DNA of 64,000 bases, from positions 224,001 to 288,000 of the forward strand of contig JBITAJ010000021.1 of the NCBI GenBank assembly GCA_044440125.1, in the 5' to 3' direction. A program made the position numbers and the translations under genes. Below the pieces are notes generated by a model, which saw only the letters and a list, made by a program, of their open reading frames with translations, did not search any database and had not been told where the DNA came from. The DNA comes from Sedimentisphaeraceae bacterium JB056 (GTDB lineage Bacteria > Planctomycetota > Phycisphaerae > Sedimentisphaerales > Sedimentisphaeraceae). Below are positions 30,848-40,288 of this stretch, in pieces (the stretch's first letter is position 1; the number at the start of each line of letters is the position of its first letter).

Positions 30848-32326
30848 CTAAGATTCAAAGGCAAAATCTTCGCTTCTAACTTTCTCTATAAATTCTTTTG
30901 TAACAGGGTATTTACTTATAAGAATCAGTGCAGCAAGTGAAGCTATAGGTCCGACCACAAATGTCAAAGCACATACCCGCCACATAGACTCATCACTCTG
31001 CACCGCCTCTGCGCCGGCCTCAAAGCCCGTCCACGACAAACAGTAACCAGCCACAAGAAACGCCACTGCCATGGATATTTTCATCGCTAACGAAAACATT
31101 GCCGCATAGCTGCCGTCTTTGTTGACACCGGTCTTTATTCGGTTTATTTCAGATACATCAGCCATCATTGACACAGCCGTCGGCATCATAATACCATTTC
31201 CAAACCAGTAAGCTCCATGGAAAAAAGCAAAAAGTATAAAAGCTATCGGCACGCCGAAACTAACCTGACCGGGCTTTATAAAACCTGTAAGGAATAAGAC
31301 CGCCAATACAAGCTCACAAAAAACAGACCAAAATACAGCCACGCATATAGCTCCCTTTTTGTCAAACCGGCGAACAAAAAACGCCAGAGACAGAGAGCCA
31401 AGCCCCATACCAACCATCGTACCGCCATGAGCAATTGTTTTCTGAAGACCATTAAGCCCCATAAAATCGTCAAATACATACATCTGAAGATTACTGACAA
31501 GTACGATTCCAAGCAGCACGAAAAACATGAATACAAAGACCCATCTCGGGTATTTATCGAGAAGAATATCTTTGATATCCTTAAAAAACTCTTTTATCCC
31601 GCGAGGGCAGGTATCGGTATGTCGCGAATCTTTAATATACTTAGACGTGAAGAAAAGCATCAAAAACAAAAATGCAAATGAGGCGATCGTAAAAGTAGTA
31701 CCCATCGTTACATAATTTCCAGCCTCTTGTGTAGCCTTGTTATTCTCGGGGTTGCCGCCGAAAAAGATGAACCATGCCATTGCCGGACCGCAGAGATTAG
31801 CCGCCATATTCAAACCGTTACGAATACCCTGTATCTTGGAGCGCCCGTCGTAATCATCACATATCTCAAAACCAAGTGCTGTGTATGGGACAACGAAAAC
31901 TGTATACGCTGTTCGAAGTATAAGATTCATCACGACAAGATAAAAGAAGAGCATTTTTGTACTCGATATAGTCAGCGAACCTAATACCAATTCTTTCTTA
32001 AAAGTATCCGGTACATACCAGATAAAAAAGAAAGTTATAAGCATTGCAATACCACCGATAAGCATATAAGGATAACGGCAACCGTAACGGCTTTTGGTAC
32101 TGTCGCTTATATAACCCATAACCGGATCAGATACCGCATCCCAGAGAGTTGCAACAGCAGTAGCTATAGCCGCAAGCTCAGGCGACAATCCCAATGCCTT
32201 CGTATAATAGAACATGGCAAAACCGAAGAAGGTATTGAGCACCAGCGACTCTACGCAGCCACCAAAGCTATATTTCACCATCTCAGATGTCGGACATTTC
32301 TTTTGTTCATCAACCGTATTCATCAA
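30848..32326 (-). CDS. MFS transporter, glycoside-pentoside-hexuronide (MelB-like) family
   Basis: WDAVSDPVMGYISD.TKSRYG.R.PY, VPYTALGFE, SMMADV; about 12 hydrophobic segments. Confidence 0.9.
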   Translation of the reverse strand: MMNTVDEQKKCPTSEMVKYSFGGCVESLVLNTFFGFAMFYYTKALGLSPELAAIATAVATLWDAVSDPVMGYISDSTKSRYGCRYPYMLIGGIAMLITFFFIWYVPDTFKKELVLGSLTISSTKMLFFYLVVMNLILRTAYTVFVVPYTALGFEICDDYDGRSKIQGIRNGLNMAANLCGPAMAWFIFFGGNPENNKATQEAGNYVTMGTTFTIASFAFLFLMLFFTSKYIKDSRHTDTCPRGIKEFFKDIKDILLDKYPRWVFVFMFFVLLGIVLVSNLQMYVFDDFMGLNGLQKTIAHGGTMVGMGLGSLSLAFFVRRFDKKGAICVAVFWSVFCELVLAVLFLTGFIKPGQVSFGVPIAFILFAFFHGAYWFGNGIMMPTAVSMMADVSEINRIKTGVNKDGSYAAMFSLAMKISMAVAFLVAGYCLSWTGFEAGAEAVQSDESMWRVCALTFVVGPIASLAALILISKYPVTKEFIEKVRSEDFAFES

Positions 32327-32344
32327 AGTTCCTCAATACATCGT

Positions 32345-34381
32345 TTAATCAATCACCAGCATTGGAGAAACCCAATAGGACCAGTCATTGGCTGAATTCT
32401 CATTCTTATCTACAATAAACCGTATACTAACCCTTTTGCCAGCATACTCCGTCATATCTACGCAATAACTTGCGGGGGCAACAGTTTCATGTTTTTTAGA
32501 CCACAATTCAGTATTATTTACCATCACAGAATAGTTTACCCCATCTCCATTGCCGGACGCAACAATCGTTTCAAAAAGAAGCGATATCTTCTGCCCCTTC
32601 TTAACTTTCGGGATATCAACTGTATACTTAAGCATTCCTTTGCCTTTGTCTGGCGGATGCTGGAAGATTGCTGGTACAAGCCAGCCGGCTGCTCGATAAA
32701 CATTGCGACTGCAGCATTCAAGATTATTCGAATTAACAGACTTATCAAACTTTTTTACAAAGTCATAAATTATCGAATCATCAGAGACCTTGAAAATAGA
32801 TTTAACTTCAGGGTCAGTATTTGCAGGAGTCTGGCCCCATTCTTCAATTCCAAGAATCGGTTTTGCAAAAGCAAAAGCACGCTGCCATTTATCGGTGTCG
32901 GCATACTTAAACACTTTCCAGATATACTTCTTTTTCCATGGATTAGAATCATCGCCGCCTGGCTTATTGCTCCATAAACCAAGTCTGAGACCTCCCTCAT
33001 CTCTGTGATCAACATGCCTGTGAAGTATAAAAGCACTTATCTCAGGTATCTGAGTGATTTTGTAATACGCATAGGCATAGGCTGCAGCCTGTATTTTTTC
33101 TCCTTCAAGGCCCTCAGGAGAATGAAAGCCCTGTTCGGTAAGTGCAATATCACGGATATGACCTTTGTAAAGCATCTTGTCCTGTTTCATAAATCGCGGC
33201 AGAACGTCAAGATTCTTAAAAGTGATTCGCGGCGTCGAAAAATCATCCGTCGGGCTCTTATCAAACCAGAAACGTGCCTCAAACAAGTTCTCTGGATACG
33301 GATGAAAAGCCACATTCCAAGGATAATCGCCGCCTGCCTTACTCAGCTTAGCGATCTTATCCAGAAGCACATCGCCCGGTATCTCACGCAGCACATTATT
33401 ATTAAAACCTCTTTTAGTCCAGTGATGGTCCATTGAAACGTACACCCTAAGATCAGTATTGAACTTACTGCATGCAAGCCACGCAAGTCTCAAAGACTGT
33501 TCATATTCTCTGATGAAATCATTTTCCGGCATATCGCCCATATTGTGCCATATCCAATGCTGCTGTACTTCATTGCCTACGACAACAGAAGATATGAGTC
33601 CATATTTCTTGTCAGCCCTGGTATATCGGTCGGCAAGAAACTCAAGAATGCCAAGGTAATACCTCAAGCCTGTTGATTCTGTAATATTAAATGCTCCAAG
33701 ATGTGTAGGGCTGTTAACCAAATCTGAATTGGGGTGAATAAGTGGAGTTCGTTTGGCCGGGTCTTTCGGCATTTGGTTAATAAACACAACAAATACCGCT
33801 ATTCCGTTATCGGTAAACTTCCTCATCCGGGAATCAAGTCCCCTTACCCTCGCCATATTAAGCGGTATTTTCAATCCTTCAAACTCATAATGAGCCTCCG
33901 GCTTAGATGAGGCAAAATCAACAAACTCATTTATATACATGTTCTCATGTACATACTTAACCCCAAGCTCAACAGCATCGTCAATATCAACGATACAGCT
34001 AAGCCCTTTTATACTCTCTGGTCTTGGAAGCTTGAAATCACCATTGATGGGATCTGTTACGGATGTAACATATCTATAATCACCAATCATAGACTTCGTC
34101 TTAGAATCAATTAAAGCAAACTTTGAGTAAAGCCTGTCCCTGCCACCATAAAATCGATCTATACTAATCTTTCCAGATAAATCACCATCGACTAAAACAT
34201 TAGACTCACTATTCAGTTTGTACTGCTGATATGACTCAAGTTCAACTAAAGACACTTTTCTATCCGACTGATAAGTGATAATTATATGCTTGTCAGTACA
34301 AACTACATCCTCTATGCCTGAGGCAAAACTCACCGAAACTGCCAGCAAAATCACCAGAATAACAACTGTTTTATATAGCAC
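32345..34381 (-). CDS. Secreted DUF5722-like clan GH-A glycoside hydrolase with C-terminal CBM-like domain
   Basis: SIKGL, VVGNEV (acid/base-like), AFHPYP, ITFKNL, LTEQGF (nucleophile-like), HRHVD. Confidence 0.7.
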   Translation of the reverse strand: MLYKTVVILVILLAVSVSFASGIEDVVCTDKHIIITYQSDRKVSLVELESYQQYKLNSESNVLVDGDLSGKISIDRFYGGRDRLYSKFALIDSKTKSMIGDYRYVTSVTDPINGDFKLPRPESIKGLSCIVDIDDAVELGVKYVHENMYINEFVDFASSKPEAHYEFEGLKIPLNMARVRGLDSRMRKFTDNGIAVFVVFINQMPKDPAKRTPLIHPNSDLVNSPTHLGAFNITESTGLRYYLGILEFLADRYTRADKKYGLISSVVVGNEVQQHWIWHNMGDMPENDFIREYEQSLRLAWLACSKFNTDLRVYVSMDHHWTKRGFNNNVLREIPGDVLLDKIAKLSKAGGDYPWNVAFHPYPENLFEARFWFDKSPTDDFSTPRITFKNLDVLPRFMKQDKMLYKGHIRDIALTEQGFHSPEGLEGEKIQAAAYAYAYYKITQIPEISAFILHRHVDHRDEGGLRLGLWSNKPGGDDSNPWKKKYIWKVFKYADTDKWQRAFAFAKPILGIEEWGQTPANTDPEVKSIFKVSDDSIIYDFVKKFDKSVNSNNLECCSRNVYRAAGWLVPAIFQHPPDKGKGMLKYTVDIPKVKKGQKISLLFETIVASGNGDGVNYSVMVNNTELWSKKHETVAPASYCVDMTEYAGKRVSIRFIVDKNENSANDWSYWVSPMLVID

Positions 34382-34411
34382 AATTAATCCCTTGTCTATG
34401 ATTAAAATATT

Positions 34412-35431
34412 TTAAGCGCTTGTCCTGAGAGCAAGTTCTGCACTGTCAACCAGACATTCTAAATTGCCTTTGTTACCATTTTTTATCAATTCAATGGCAA
34501 CTTCGGCTGCCTTTTCGCCCAATTCTTCAAGAGGTTCTATAATTGTTGTAAGCCCTATAAACTCCGACATTGGCAAGTCACCAACACCTATTACTGCAAC
34601 ATCATCGGGCACACGCAAACCCATCTTCTTAAGTGATTTCATAATTCTTATGGCAATCGAATCATTAAGAGCGAAAATAGCATCAGGAGATTTTCTACGA
34701 TCAGCAAACAATTTATCGATAACAACATCAGTTGTTATGATATTATCACTCATCCAGACACATAATTCGTCACAATACTCCAGTCCTGCAAGCTTCAGGG
34801 ATGCTTCAAAAGCACGAAATCGTCTCATATCAGAGACAAATCCATGACGACACCCCATAAAACTGACTCTTTTTCTACCAGTAGAAGCAAAATGCTTTAT
34901 AGCCTTCTCTATCCCATTGGAGCCATCCCATAATACTGAATTCAACTCATCTACTCCAACTAATGACTCAGGCAAATCACTTACAAAGACAAGTGGAACC
35001 GCCTCCCTCAATTTCTCAACACCCTCAATAACTATACTATGAGAGTGACATATTACCGCCTCATCTCTTCTCTGAAGAATAGTATTTATCTCACGAATGA
35101 ACGTTTCAGGATCACGCCGGTCAACCGCTATAAAAATACCATAACCTTCAGTATTCGTAATAGATTCAACCCCCTTTAACACTGTATCTGCCCAACTAAG
35201 CTCCAAATCAGAGAAAAGAACACTGATACAATTACTTTTCAATGCACGCAGATTCCTTGCACTGAGATTGGGTACATAACCAAGCCTCTTGGCTGCATCA
35301 AGGATCTTTTTCTCTGTTGATTTCGCTATTCTGAACTTTTTTGCATCACCGCGGAGTACACAAGAGACAGTACTCGCTGAAATCATCAGATCATCGGCAA
35401 TATTAGTGATCGTCACCGTATTCTTAGACAT
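34412..35431 (-). CDS. LacI-family transcriptional regulator
   Basis: TITNIA...SASTVS.VL HTH; GYVPNLSARNL hinge; PDAIFALND, VPDDVAVIG, LTTI. Confidence 0.95.
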   Translation of the reverse strand: MSKNTVTITNIADDLMISASTVSCVLRGDAKKFRIAKSTEKKILDAAKRLGYVPNLSARNLRALKSNCISVLFSDLELSWADTVLKGVESITNTEGYGIFIAVDRRDPETFIREINTILQRRDEAVICHSHSIVIEGVEKLREAVPLVFVSDLPESLVGVDELNSVLWDGSNGIEKAIKHFASTGRKRVSFMGCRHGFVSDMRRFRAFEASLKLAGLEYCDELCVWMSDNIITTDVVIDKLFADRRKSPDAIFALNDSIAIRIMKSLKKMGLRVPDDVAVIGVGDLPMSEFIGLTTIIEPLEELGEKAAEVAIELIKNGNKGNLECLVDSAELALRTSA

Positions 35432-35760
35432 GTTAATCCTTATGTCTCAATAAAAACCCAAAAAGACTTGCTATTACGTTATAGCTATTAGACTATATTA
35501 TAGAAATTTTGTCAAATAAAAAATCTTCATCATAAAGAATCATTGAACCGACATGGTGGCATTATAAACATAAAGACTTACAAACAAAAGCTTTACTTAA
35601 ACGAAAATATCACACAACATGTTCGTACCATTTTGCCATAGCCACTTTCTGATGAAACTATATTAGGACTTTACATAATATTATGAACTATTTTGCTGCT
35701 TCATTAGATTCTGTTGCAAAAGTGTTGCAAGGGTATTTTTAACGAAATTCAAACAAAAGA

Positions 35761-35794
35761 AAAAGCCTTGTAAGCTATTAACCTACAAGGTTTT
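35761..35794 (-). terminator. Terminator-like hairpin just 3' of the tRNA fragment
   Basis: AAAAGCCTTGTAAG...CCTACAAGGTTTT imperfect inverted repeat with A/T tails. Confidence 0.55.
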
Positions 35795-35801
35795 AACGGA
35801 G

Positions 35802-35848
35802 CGAGGCAGAAGGGACTCGAACCCTCAACCTTCGGATCAACAGTCCGA
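35802..35848 (-). pseudogene. 3' half of a tRNA-Asn(GTT) gene; probable att-site duplication
   Basis: Minus strand TCGGA-CTGTTGA-TCCGA anticodon arm, AGGTT variable loop, GAGGG-TTCGAGT-CCCTT T arm, CTGCCTC-G 3' acceptor strand. No complementary 5' acceptor strand upstream. Confidence 0.8.
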
Positions 35849-35950
35849 CTCTCTGGCTCCGTAAGCTGTTATTTCACAATGCCTTAAAACGTATTTTCAA
35901 GCAACAAATAAGGATTACAAGTAAATAACAAGTAGAGACAAACAAAACTG

Positions 35951-35994
35951 ACAAGTCAGTATCCACTGCAAATTGACGAACTTTTTGACGAACT
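35951..35994 (+). repeat. 44-bp direct repeat, copy 1
   Basis: ACAAGTCAGTATCCACTGCAAATTGACGAACTTTTTGACGAACT; 43/44 identical to 54077-54120. Confidence 0.95.
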
Positions 35995-36342
35995 CTTAAG
36001 ATAAATTATACAGACGCAATAATCTGTTTTGAGTCAGACCACCGCCTTGCCGCTTGAAAAACTTACTATTCAAGCTGAACCTACAGTACCATTGCGCCAA
36101 GACTTATGTGTTCGGTGTTAAACCAAGTCAAAGATCATATTGTCTTCTGCAACACATAACGTAATTACTATGCATTTACTACAAAACGCAGCTCAAATCA
36201 AAGTAATTAATCCATCAAAAAACAAAGACCTGGTAACTGATGAGTTTTTGCACCCCACGACCAATTGTTTTTATATATCAAGCAGGATCGCCAGAGTATT
36301 GCCATCAGTTAACGGCATGTCATCTAATTGCTAAGTTTGCAT

Positions 36343-37707
36343 CTACGACACATTGCTTAAATGAAGTTTTTTTAGCATATCTACAAAGGATAACCCTGTA
36401 TGATAGCCAGGATCCAAATCCGGTGTTGCGGGAATCGACATCTTTGGTTCGCCATATTTACTAAGAGTCTGGTATTGAAAACCATTCCCACTCAAAACAT
36501 ATCCACCCTTGAAGGATTCACTGCATAATTGAAGTATCTTCTCGCATTGCTCTCTTTCAAATTCGCTACAAATATCCATACAGTAAGTCGCGGCACGCAT
36601 AGTTTCCGGAAGAACCCACCACGGCATATCTGAATTAAACGGCATTTTATTAGTCAAATCATACAACTTACATACGCCTCCACTCGCCTGATTAAAACCC
36701 TGATAGAAATTGTACCTCAAGATTCCAAACATTTCCGCCTCAATCTTACTTACTCTTGCCAGCGTTTCGGAATCCATATAGTATTTTGAACGTAAAATAT
36801 CCAAAAATTTCAAGCTCAATCCAACAAACTCAATAGAATGCCCCGGGTCATTTAGAACCACCCCATCATGCAGAAAAGGAGCACCTTTTTCATCCACAAA
36901 CTCAACAAAGTCATATTTATCAAGCAATGGCCATCTATTATCAAGATTAATATGGTTATCCAATATATATTCAATTAGCCGTAAACCCATATCAATATAA
37001 CACTCATCAGCTTCATTCTCTGCCAACAATGCTATCATACCAATACTTATCATATACTGACCGTGAGAATACCTGCCCTCAACATATTGTACAGGATTTC
37101 TATTATCCATAGTCTGTTGATCCGTTCTGAAACTCCTGTCCCAAACAGCCTTATAAACCGACTTACAATAATCAATCATCTGATTTATCAACTGATCCAT
37201 ACCAAGATATTTAGCTGCAGCATACATACCTTTGGCACAAAACAAATCGCTGTAATTATACGGCGAATCTATCGCAAGATTCACTTTTTCCTCCTTAAGA
37301 GTTTCCGGCGATATATATTTAGCGATCCCATCAACATCAAGCGTAAAAAACAAATGACCATTGTTAGATTGCCGTGCATAAACAAGCGAATCTAAAAGCT
37401 TTTCAACAATCTCGTTTAACCTCTCTGACAATTCGAGATTTTCAACACTTGGCATAATCTGGTTCATAAATTTAATATGTCCCACTATAGCTTCAAGCCC
37501 CCTGCCCTGTATCCAGCTGTAGACAGTATCTTTGCCACGCAATTTATCCGTAAATGATTTGCCGGAAATCAAATCAAACTTGGTATCTATCCATGAATAA
37601 CATGGATCTGATTCATACCTGTCTGCAATCTGTGACATTACACCAAGTATAATATCATGAAAATCATTAATATATGTCATCATTCTTAAAACAAATCTAT
37701 TAATCAA
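36343..37707 (-). CDS. AGE-family (N-acylglucosamine 2-epimerase-like) protein
   Basis: WIQGR, DPGHSIEF, WWVLPE, DPGYH motifs; no signal peptide. Confidence 0.75.
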   Translation of the reverse strand: MINRFVLRMMTYINDFHDIILGVMSQIADRYESDPCYSWIDTKFDLISGKSFTDKLRGKDTVYSWIQGRGLEAIVGHIKFMNQIMPSVENLELSERLNEIVEKLLDSLVYARQSNNGHLFFTLDVDGIAKYISPETLKEEKVNLAIDSPYNYSDLFCAKGMYAAAKYLGMDQLINQMIDYCKSVYKAVWDRSFRTDQQTMDNRNPVQYVEGRYSHGQYMISIGMIALLAENEADECYIDMGLRLIEYILDNHINLDNRWPLLDKYDFVEFVDEKGAPFLHDGVVLNDPGHSIEFVGLSLKFLDILRSKYYMDSETLARVSKIEAEMFGILRYNFYQGFNQASGGVCKLYDLTNKMPFNSDMPWWVLPETMRAATYCMDICSEFEREQCEKILQLCSESFKGGYVLSGNGFQYQTLSKYGEPKMSIPATPDLDPGYHTGLSFVDMLKKLHLSNVS

Positions 37708-38804
37708 AATGAATAATACTCATCCTTAGCACCTGCTGCCCTCAGCAGCGCCATAAGAGAATAAGCTCCAGTCCTGATATTTGACTTATTCCCTTCACTT
37801 AGAAATACACCGTAAGATACTTCCTGCATTTCCAGTATTCTTTCAACCGCCCTATTAATCACGGCATCGCCAATAAAGCTACACCCCATATCTTTGGCTT
37901 TTAGCATCTCTACAACCACCACTCCGGCAGCACTCGGAACAGAATAATTATCCGGCCCAAATCCACCATCACATCTTTGAATTTCAGACATTCTCTTCAA
38001 AAAATATTTTGAAGCATCAAGATACTCAGTTTTTTTCGTAAGAGAATAAGCAAAAAGATTAGCCAGCGTACCAAAATCATCATTATAGATGTGCATCTCT
38101 TCCCACCATCGTGTCGTCAAACCTCTGCCATCAAGTATTTCAAGTGTAATACGATCTAAAACAACACTAATTTGCCCATGCTCATCAAGATGATTTTTAT
38201 TATAAAAATCAAGTATCTGACACATAACATCAAAATACTTTTTCTCTCCTGTAACCTTATACAATTTACCAAAGTAAAATGCCCCGCCGCTATGAAATGA
38301 GCCGCAAAACTCTGGACTCCATGGTTCATCATCAAATCGAACAGTCCAATACGGATATCCTTTTTCAATACCTATATCACAAAACCAGTCAGCATATAAC
38401 TTTGACCGCGTAAAGGCTTCCTTATCATTAACAGTTATCGAAAAGTCAAGCAATGCCCATGCTGCCGTAAGTGCATCACGAGGATGAGCCCAATTTGTTT
38501 GCGGCGTAATTTCTCTAAATACACCTTTATTTATATCATCAAAAGGACTGAAAACCTGTAAACTTTTCAGGTAGTTAACAGCCATCTCGGCAGAAGATAA
38601 ATACCTGTCATCTTTGAGAAATTTGTAGGCAATAAGCATTACTTCTATCATAACACCCGTTTCCCAATTGGTACTCATGCTTTCAATGCTTTTTTCTTTC
38701 ACATCATAGAGCAATGGGAAACGCCCGTAATCAGCACTATTTTCGTTGACGACCTGATGTTTCAAGCAAAAGTCAAGACCACTTCTGATTGCTTCATATA
38801 TCAT
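37704..38804 (-). CDS. Cytoplasmic (a/a)6-barrel protein, putative glycosidase/lyase/epimerase
   Basis: Helical repeats (DDRYLSSA, TGEKKYF, EYLDAS), QRCDGGF, WWEEMHIYNDDF. Confidence 0.55.
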   Translation of the reverse strand: MIYEAIRSGLDFCLKHQVVNENSADYGRFPLLYDVKEKSIESMSTNWETGVMIEVMLIAYKFLKDDRYLSSAEMAVNYLKSLQVFSPFDDINKGVFREITPQTNWAHPRDALTAAWALLDFSITVNDKEAFTRSKLYADWFCDIGIEKGYPYWTVRFDDEPWSPEFCGSFHSGGAFYFGKLYKVTGEKKYFDVMCQILDFYNKNHLDEHGQISVVLDRITLEILDGRGLTTRWWEEMHIYNDDFGTLANLFAYSLTKKTEYLDASKYFLKRMSEIQRCDGGFGPDNYSVPSAAGVVVVEMLKAKDMGCSFIGDAVINRAVERILEMQEVSYGVFLSEGNKSNIRTGAYSLMALLRAAGAKDEYYSF

Positions 38805-38813
38805 AATTCCACC

Positions 38814-40238
38814 TTATCTTGGTGCAACATAGCTTTCATCACCACCATACTGGACCCATCCTCTGTAAACGTATAGTCCTAAAACAGCAGCAGGAAAACA
38901 AAATACAGCCGGCCAAATAAGTGCCATTCTGTTACCCCATATATCAATCGTAAAACCAATAAAGAAATTACCGGCAATAAGACCTAATGCATTCAACACC
39001 TGAATCCCTGAATTATACTGTGCATATTTATCCTTAGGGAAAAGAGTAACAGTTAATGCTACCAAGCTTATATAATACATTGATATGGGAACTGCCCATA
39101 TAAAACTGAATACGTAAAGAGTAATCTTGTCATGGATAAAAATTGATTGCAGTACATACAAAACAAAAACCATAAGTATACTAAGAGGATGAATTCTCAC
39201 AGGGTTAAATTTATCACAAACCCAGCCCATAGGTATTGCAGTCAATGCCTGGAAAAGATATATCCATCCCCAGAACTTACCGATTTCATCAATAGTAAGC
39301 CCAAGAGTATCACGGTAAAAGAATATATTAAACGGCCCGCTGCATCCGCAAGCTATCATAAAGAACATGGCCATTAAATAGATATACAAATAGTACCTAC
39401 ACCCAAAACATTCATTAATATATTTTTTTATAGAATCTAAACGATTTGTCTTAGCAAGTTCCTTTTCAGGTTCAGAATATTGACCTTCTTTAACACCAAA
39501 GCAAAGCATCAAAAATGCAGCCAAATGCACAACACCTATCCAGAAAAGCAACTGTCTCATATGACCATCAGCGAATCCAAAGAAATACCTTGAAAACAAG
39601 AATGATGCTACAGTAGAGACTGCTCTTGTCATAGCCATGAACCGCCCCATCATTACTTTGGGAACAACGTCAGCAATGAGACATTTATATATAAAATTGA
39701 GAGTTGTGTTGAAGAGCTGAAAAACAACTATAAACAAGCATATCATTGCAAGCAGAAAAGAACCTTCACTGATCGGAATAAATCGCCCTAATGAAGATTC
39801 GTAGACAAAACGCCCTATATCATTTGAATACCCTATCATTACAAGGAAAATGGTGACAAAAGGTGCAGTCAACAAAAGATACGGTATTCTTCTGCCATAC
39901 CTTCCTCGATGCCTATCGCTTTTAACAGAAACACTTGGTATCAAGCTTAGATATAATACTGACGGCACACTTGAAACCATAATACCAATTAAGGTATTTG
40001 ACGCCTCAAGGTCTTTAAGAAGCAATGGAAATATACGCGGAATAACTGTCTCCAGCAGTATCCAGCAAAATTCTCCCCACAACAAAAATGAGAACAAGAC
40101 AATAAGTCCAGTCATTGTATAACTGAGAGTTCCAACGTTATACGTTTTAATCTTATTAGAAACAAATTTGCTCTTTATCTCATCTTTGGGACAGGAATCG
40201 TCAAAATCTATTGTAAGGCCGGCTACACTATCTTGCAT
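38814..40238 (-). CDS. MFS transporter
   Basis: SDRHRGRYGRRIPYL loop, LIADVVP...GRF, GWVCDK; about 12 transmembrane segments. Confidence 0.9.
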   Translation of the reverse strand: MQDSVAGLTIDFDDSCPKDEIKSKFVSNKIKTYNVGTLSYTMTGLIVLFSFLLWGEFCWILLETVIPRIFPLLLKDLEASNTLIGIMVSSVPSVLYLSLIPSVSVKSDRHRGRYGRRIPYLLLTAPFVTIFLVMIGYSNDIGRFVYESSLGRFIPISEGSFLLAMICLFIVVFQLFNTTLNFIYKCLIADVVPKVMMGRFMAMTRAVSTVASFLFSRYFFGFADGHMRQLLFWIGVVHLAAFLMLCFGVKEGQYSEPEKELAKTNRLDSIKKYINECFGCRYYLYIYLMAMFFMIACGCSGPFNIFFYRDTLGLTIDEIGKFWGWIYLFQALTAIPMGWVCDKFNPVRIHPLSILMVFVLYVLQSIFIHDKITLYVFSFIWAVPISMYYISLVALTVTLFPKDKYAQYNSGIQVLNALGLIAGNFFIGFTIDIWGNRMALIWPAVFCFPAAVLGLYVYRGWVQYGGDESYVAPR

Positions 40239-40288
40239 CTAATCCTCATTTTTTACAGTTATCTCGTGCACTGCACATAAACCTATGT

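Noticed and set aside
35798..35875. Complete functional tRNA-Asn
   Set aside because: No 5' strand complementary to CTGCCTC and no convincing D stem; reported as a fragment.
36000..36340. Possible gene remnant between repeat copy 1 and the AGE-like gene
   Set aside because: Only short frames (e.g. 36140-36334) with no recognisable similarity; cannot be supported.
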